Shown here in pieces: positions 60,644-64,000 of a DNA stretch of 64,000 nt. How positions within the stretch are numbered: the stretch's first letter is position 1; every line of letters starts with the position of its first letter. The translations under genes were made by a program, and so were the position numbers. Location of the stretch: contig JANNQV010000058.1 in the NCBI GenBank assembly GCA_031400935.1, forward strand, positions 1 to 64,000. Direction: 5' to 3'. Source of the DNA: Armatimonadota bacterium. Lineage in GTDB: Bacteria > Armatimonadota > Fimbriimonadia > Fimbriimonadales > Fimbriimonadaceae. The notes beneath the pieces are model-generated. The model ran no database searches and was not told the origin of the DNA. It saw nothing but the letters and a program-made list of their open reading frames with translations.

Positions 60644-61441
60644 ATGAATGACAAGATCCAGAGTAAGGCTGACCAAGCCATACTTACTCTCTCTCAGTCC
60701 CTTGATCAGGGCAAATCTGAGACTCTCAAAACCTACCTAACTACTATGGCAAAATTCCATAGGTACTCCTGGTTCAACTGTATGTTGATATGGCTTCAGA
60801 AACCTAATGCTACTCATGTTGCAGGGTTCAAGAAGTGGTTAGAATTGGGTAGGTGTGTAAAGCATGGCCAGTCAGGGATTATGATTCTTGCTCCTGTGAT
60901 TTATAGGAAATCTAAGGCTGAGAAAACCCAAGAGGAGACTGAGCAGAGAGAAACTGCAACTAACTTTACGACGGCATTTGTCTTTGACATATCCCAGACT
61001 GAAGGTCGACCACTAGCTGCACTTAGCAGAAGAACTGGTAACCCTGGCATTTACACTGAAAGAATTGTATCCTTTGCGAACAGTAAGGGAATCATAGTCA
61101 AATTTGCTGAGAACCTGAATGGCTGTTTGGGACTCAGCAGAGGCGGAGTTATAGAGGTCCTGTCAGATCTTCCAGCTGCAGAAAAGTTTGGTGTACTCGT
61201 GCATGAGGTTTGTCATGAAATCCTTCACCAAGGTGAGCATGTTGGAACTAAGCCTAAGGTAGTAAAAGAGTTGGAAGCCGAAGCAACAGCCTTTGTAGTC
61301 TGCACTGCCATTGGCCTAGAGGATAGGTCAGCATCTGCTGACTACATCCACTTGTACCAAGGAGATTCTCAGCTACTCATGGCTAGTCTAGCTTCTATCC
61401 AGAAAGCCTCATCTATGATCTTGAAAGACATCCTTGACTGA
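60644..61441 (+). CDS. ardC: ArdC-like ssDNA-binding/antirestriction protein with metalloprotease-like domain
   Basis: FHRYSWFNCMLI..Q, VAGFKKW.ELGR.VK.G, VFDISQTEG, HEVCH, ELEAE; AAGGAG RBS. Confidence 0.88.
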   Translation: MNDKIQSKADQAILTLSQSLDQGKSETLKTYLTTMAKFHRYSWFNCMLIWLQKPNATHVAGFKKWLELGRCVKHGQSGIMILAPVIYRKSKAEKTQEETEQRETATNFTTAFVFDISQTEGRPLAALSRRTGNPGIYTERIVSFANSKGIIVKFAENLNGCLGLSRGGVIEVLSDLPAAEKFGVLVHEVCHEILHQGEHVGTKPKVVKELEAEATAFVVCTAIGLEDRSASADYIHLYQGDSQLLMASLASIQKASSMILKDILD

Positions 61442-61863
61442 GCCTGATTGGCCTGCCTGTGATTGATGCCCTGCAGACGTTCATTGGAGCCTTCACATAG
61501 GGTCCCTTCCAATGTACTTTGCAGGGCAAATAATCTTTCAGGCATGGTTAGGCAATAGGCTTCCTGTTCACCACAAATCAGTCACTGGCATGAAAAGTGG
61601 ACATGCCTCCCAGACTGAATTCACCTAGGTAGTTCACGCTCATCGCTGCTAGATACTGCAGGCACAAACCATCCTGCTGTATCTAGCAAAAGATGCCCTG
61701 CGGGACGCTACTACCTAGCGACTTCTAGTCTGGTGCCCTCCACCTTCATGCTACGGAACTGATTTGTAAGCTCACTGTCCGAAGTGTTTGATGTCACTTG
61801 ACATCAAACACTAGTGATAGGCATAATTATGCTGACAGATGTCATCAACCTAAGGAGGATTTC

Positions 61864-63018
61864 ATGAGGTTACTTTTCTGTTCAGTCATTTCGTTGCTTG
61901 TCTTAACTGGTTGTGGTGGAGGAGGTTCAGGGTCCTCACCCATAACTGAGGGCTCAATATCAATAATAGGAGATTTTGCACCAGCAACCCGCACAGTCCC
62001 TGGCTATGCCACTGAACTGAGAGTGGTCATTACTCCACCACTTGGAGTAGTACTTCCACCGAACATTGTCAACCCAATCGTACTTACCCGATCTTCACCA
62101 CAAAGGTCTCTTTCAAATCTGAGTGTAAGTTCGAGTCCCTACCAATTAACAATGACAGCCTACACAGGCACTTCTAACGTGGGTGCTGCTGTCAGGAGCA
62201 TAGTCGTACAAGGTGCGAGAATCTCAGAAGTCGATGTCTCAGCAAACCTACAAAGTGGAGTTGATTCAATAACTGTTGAAGGAAACTCATCTGTCCTGCA
62301 ACAAGGTTCAACACAGCTAACGGCATATGCAAGGAATGCTCAATCTGCAACTCTCTTTTCAGGAGATGGGTTCTCTTGGTCAAGCTCTAATTCAAGTATC
62401 TTGTCTGTTGATGCAGATGGAACATTAACAGGTGAAGGTGGTGGCGATGCCGAAATCACAGCTACCCTTAGCGGAACTTCTCAATCTGGTTCCAAAAGTG
62501 TAACAGTAATTCCAACAGGGCAAGGCGCCCCCTTAATTTCAAATGGAGATATGGAAATTGCTTTTCGAACAATAAGCACAGAAACTTCTCCTTATCCGTT
62601 CAGCTACCCTGCAGCACCAGTTCATTGGGTGATGAATACAGGTGCTCCTAATAGGACAGCAACAAGCGAAATTATGATCTCCCAGGCTCCAACTGGAAGT
62701 GGAAGCATGGTTCGCTTCTACAACAATCAAGGGCAAGATGGAACCTACAATGGTTCTGCATTAGCTCAGTACTTCCCAGCCACCTCAAATGTGCGCTTCG
62801 AATGCGATATCAAAGTACTTCAAGGAACAGTGATGTTAGGACCAGTTGGAACAAGTGGCCCTTTCTATAGCCAAACAACTTACACACCAAACGGTTCATG
62901 GAGACACATTCTAATTGATTGCCCTGTTTCTACTGAAACTGTTGCATTTCAGAATGTTGGACCTCTCGATTCAGTGCTTGAAATCTACTTGGACAACGTG
63001 AAGGTCTATCACCCCTAA
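61864..63018 (+). CDS. Lipoprotein with Ig-like (Big_2) and carbohydrate-binding-like domains
   Basis: Lipobox LTGC, WSSSNSSILSVDADG.LT, NGDME...YLDNVKV; AAGGAGG RBS. Confidence 0.75.
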   Translation: MRLLFCSVISLLVLTGCGGGGSGSSPITEGSISIIGDFAPATRTVPGYATELRVVITPPLGVVLPPNIVNPIVLTRSSPQRSLSNLSVSSSPYQLTMTAYTGTSNVGAAVRSIVVQGARISEVDVSANLQSGVDSITVEGNSSVLQQGSTQLTAYARNAQSATLFSGDGFSWSSSNSSILSVDADGTLTGEGGGDAEITATLSGTSQSGSKSVTVIPTGQGAPLISNGDMEIAFRTISTETSPYPFSYPAAPVHWVMNTGAPNRTATSEIMISQAPTGSGSMVRFYNNQGQDGTYNGSALAQYFPATSNVRFECDIKVLQGTVMLGPVGTSGPFYSQTTYTPNGSWRHILIDCPVSTETVAFQNVGPLDSVLEIYLDNVKVYHP

Positions 63019-63057
63019 AGAAGCAGTATCCAACGATTCTTTTGGCTCATTGCTACT

Positions 63058-63990
63058 TCATCTTGCAGTGGGCCAAAGACTTGCATTTCCATCAGACACT
63101 TGGCTAAATCTGAAATCCCTTAGATCTACTTTGGCAATGTGAGGCTGGCTTCCATCTTGGGAAGTCATGACAACTGAAGTGTCTCCATCGACAAACTCAA
63201 CTTCACCAGTATCAAGCTGATTTAGTGGCACCAAAGGCTGAAATATTCCAGTCCTCAGATCAAGAATTGCAGATTCATGCTTTGTCCTTCGATCAGTTGC
63301 AAATAGGACATACATGCCATTCTTGCTGTACCTGCCATGAGTATCTTCACATGTACCAAGCGTAAGCTGAACAAGGCCACTACCATCAAGGTTCATAGAC
63401 CAGAGTTTTTGAGATCCTGTTCTGTGGGATGAGAAGATGATCCTTTCCCCATTAGGATGAATTGAAGGCTCCAAGTTCCTCTTTCCATCCACGGTAATTA
63501 GTTTCCATGTTCCAGAAACGGGGTCAACAATTCCAATTTCCCAATTTCCAGTCACCATTGTGCAGAAGACTAGTTTCGAACAGTCTGGGCTCCATCTAGG
63601 TTGAACATCTCTCTTTCCAGTTGAAACAATTAGCTTCTCTCCAGTTCCATCAACATTTGCAATGTAAATGTCTTCCTGGCCATTTGGAGATCTGTTGAAG
63701 GCAATCCATTTGCCATCTGGCGAGACAGAAGGAACTCCAACATTTGTGAACACTTCTGGAAGTGGAGTTGGATTTCTACCATCACTTGTCATTCTCCAAA
63801 GCCTTGAAACTCCATTTCTTGGAGCTACATACACAACCTCGTCATGCCCAATCTGGTTTGGATCTGGATTGTAAGCACTTACAAGTTGGAAAGGCAGCAG
63901 GATTGGAACGAAGCTTGCTAAGCTCGTAATACTCCACTTACTCTGCTGAGGTTTTGCATCTTTGGACAGTGCCCTAATCCTTGTTAGCAA
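63058..63990 (-). CDS. TolB-like/PD40 beta-propeller protein (start uncertain; frame open to window edge)
   Basis: Repeats PSVSPDGKWIAF, PRWSPDCSKLVF, PSIHPNGERIIFSS. Confidence 0.85.
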   Translation of the reverse strand: MLTRIRALSKDAKPQQSKWSITSLASFVPILLPFQLVSAYNPDPNQIGHDEVVYVAPRNGVSRLWRMTSDGRNPTPLPEVFTNVGVPSVSPDGKWIAFNRSPNGQEDIYIANVDGTGEKLIVSTGKRDVQPRWSPDCSKLVFCTMVTGNWEIGIVDPVSGTWKLITVDGKRNLEPSIHPNGERIIFSSHRTGSQKLWSMNLDGSGLVQLTLGTCEDTHGRYSKNGMYVLFATDRRTKHESAILDLRTGIFQPLVPLNQLDTGEVEFVDGDTSVVMTSQDGSQPHIAKVDLRDFRFSQVSDGNASLWPTAR

Positions 63991-64000
63991 ATGACTTTGA

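Larger units (their letters stand above)
45878..64000. mobile_element. tRNA-integrated genomic (defence) island, continues beyond window
   Basis: tRNA fragment boundary, shift to lower GC and fewer CG dinucleotides (by eye), R-M/Gabija/RloC/ArdC cargo, no host repeat families seen. Confidence 0.85.

Overview
Bacterial chromosomal window with two parts. The lineage is inferred, not proven, to be Armatimonadota-like, from the PEP-CTERM protein, the prepilin/H-X9-DG protein and overall gene style. Bases 1 to ~45830 are core genome: partial smc, speE, speD, rpiB, pilB-HDOD-pilT, pyrE, peptidases, an AmpG-like permease, GH65, PBP1A, an ECF sigma/anti-sigma/RseB cluster, tRNA-Ser, SRP RNA-dnaX-ybaB-recR, an ABC system, trpDCF and nuoA/nuoC. 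Several REP-like and heptamer repeat families sit between genes, and many genes look leaderless. From ~45878 to the window end is a genomic island bounded by the displaced 3' half of a tRNA-Thr(CGT). It carries a DUF2130 protein, an RloC-like ATPase/HEPN nuclease, a Type III R-M pair whose Res subunit has an extra HEPN-like C-terminal domain, a Gabija-like pair, ArdC, a lipoprotein and a TolB-like protein. The best leads missed by the ORF track are: (1) a thioredoxin-like exported protein read through an in-frame UGA that is followed by a SECIS-like hairpin (candidate selenoprotein, 5998-6906); (2) a ~250-nt multi-stem RNA in the speD leader; (3) the Res-HEPN/RloC/DUF2130 defence operon; (4) a candidate sRNA with an anti-Shine-Dalgarno loop.
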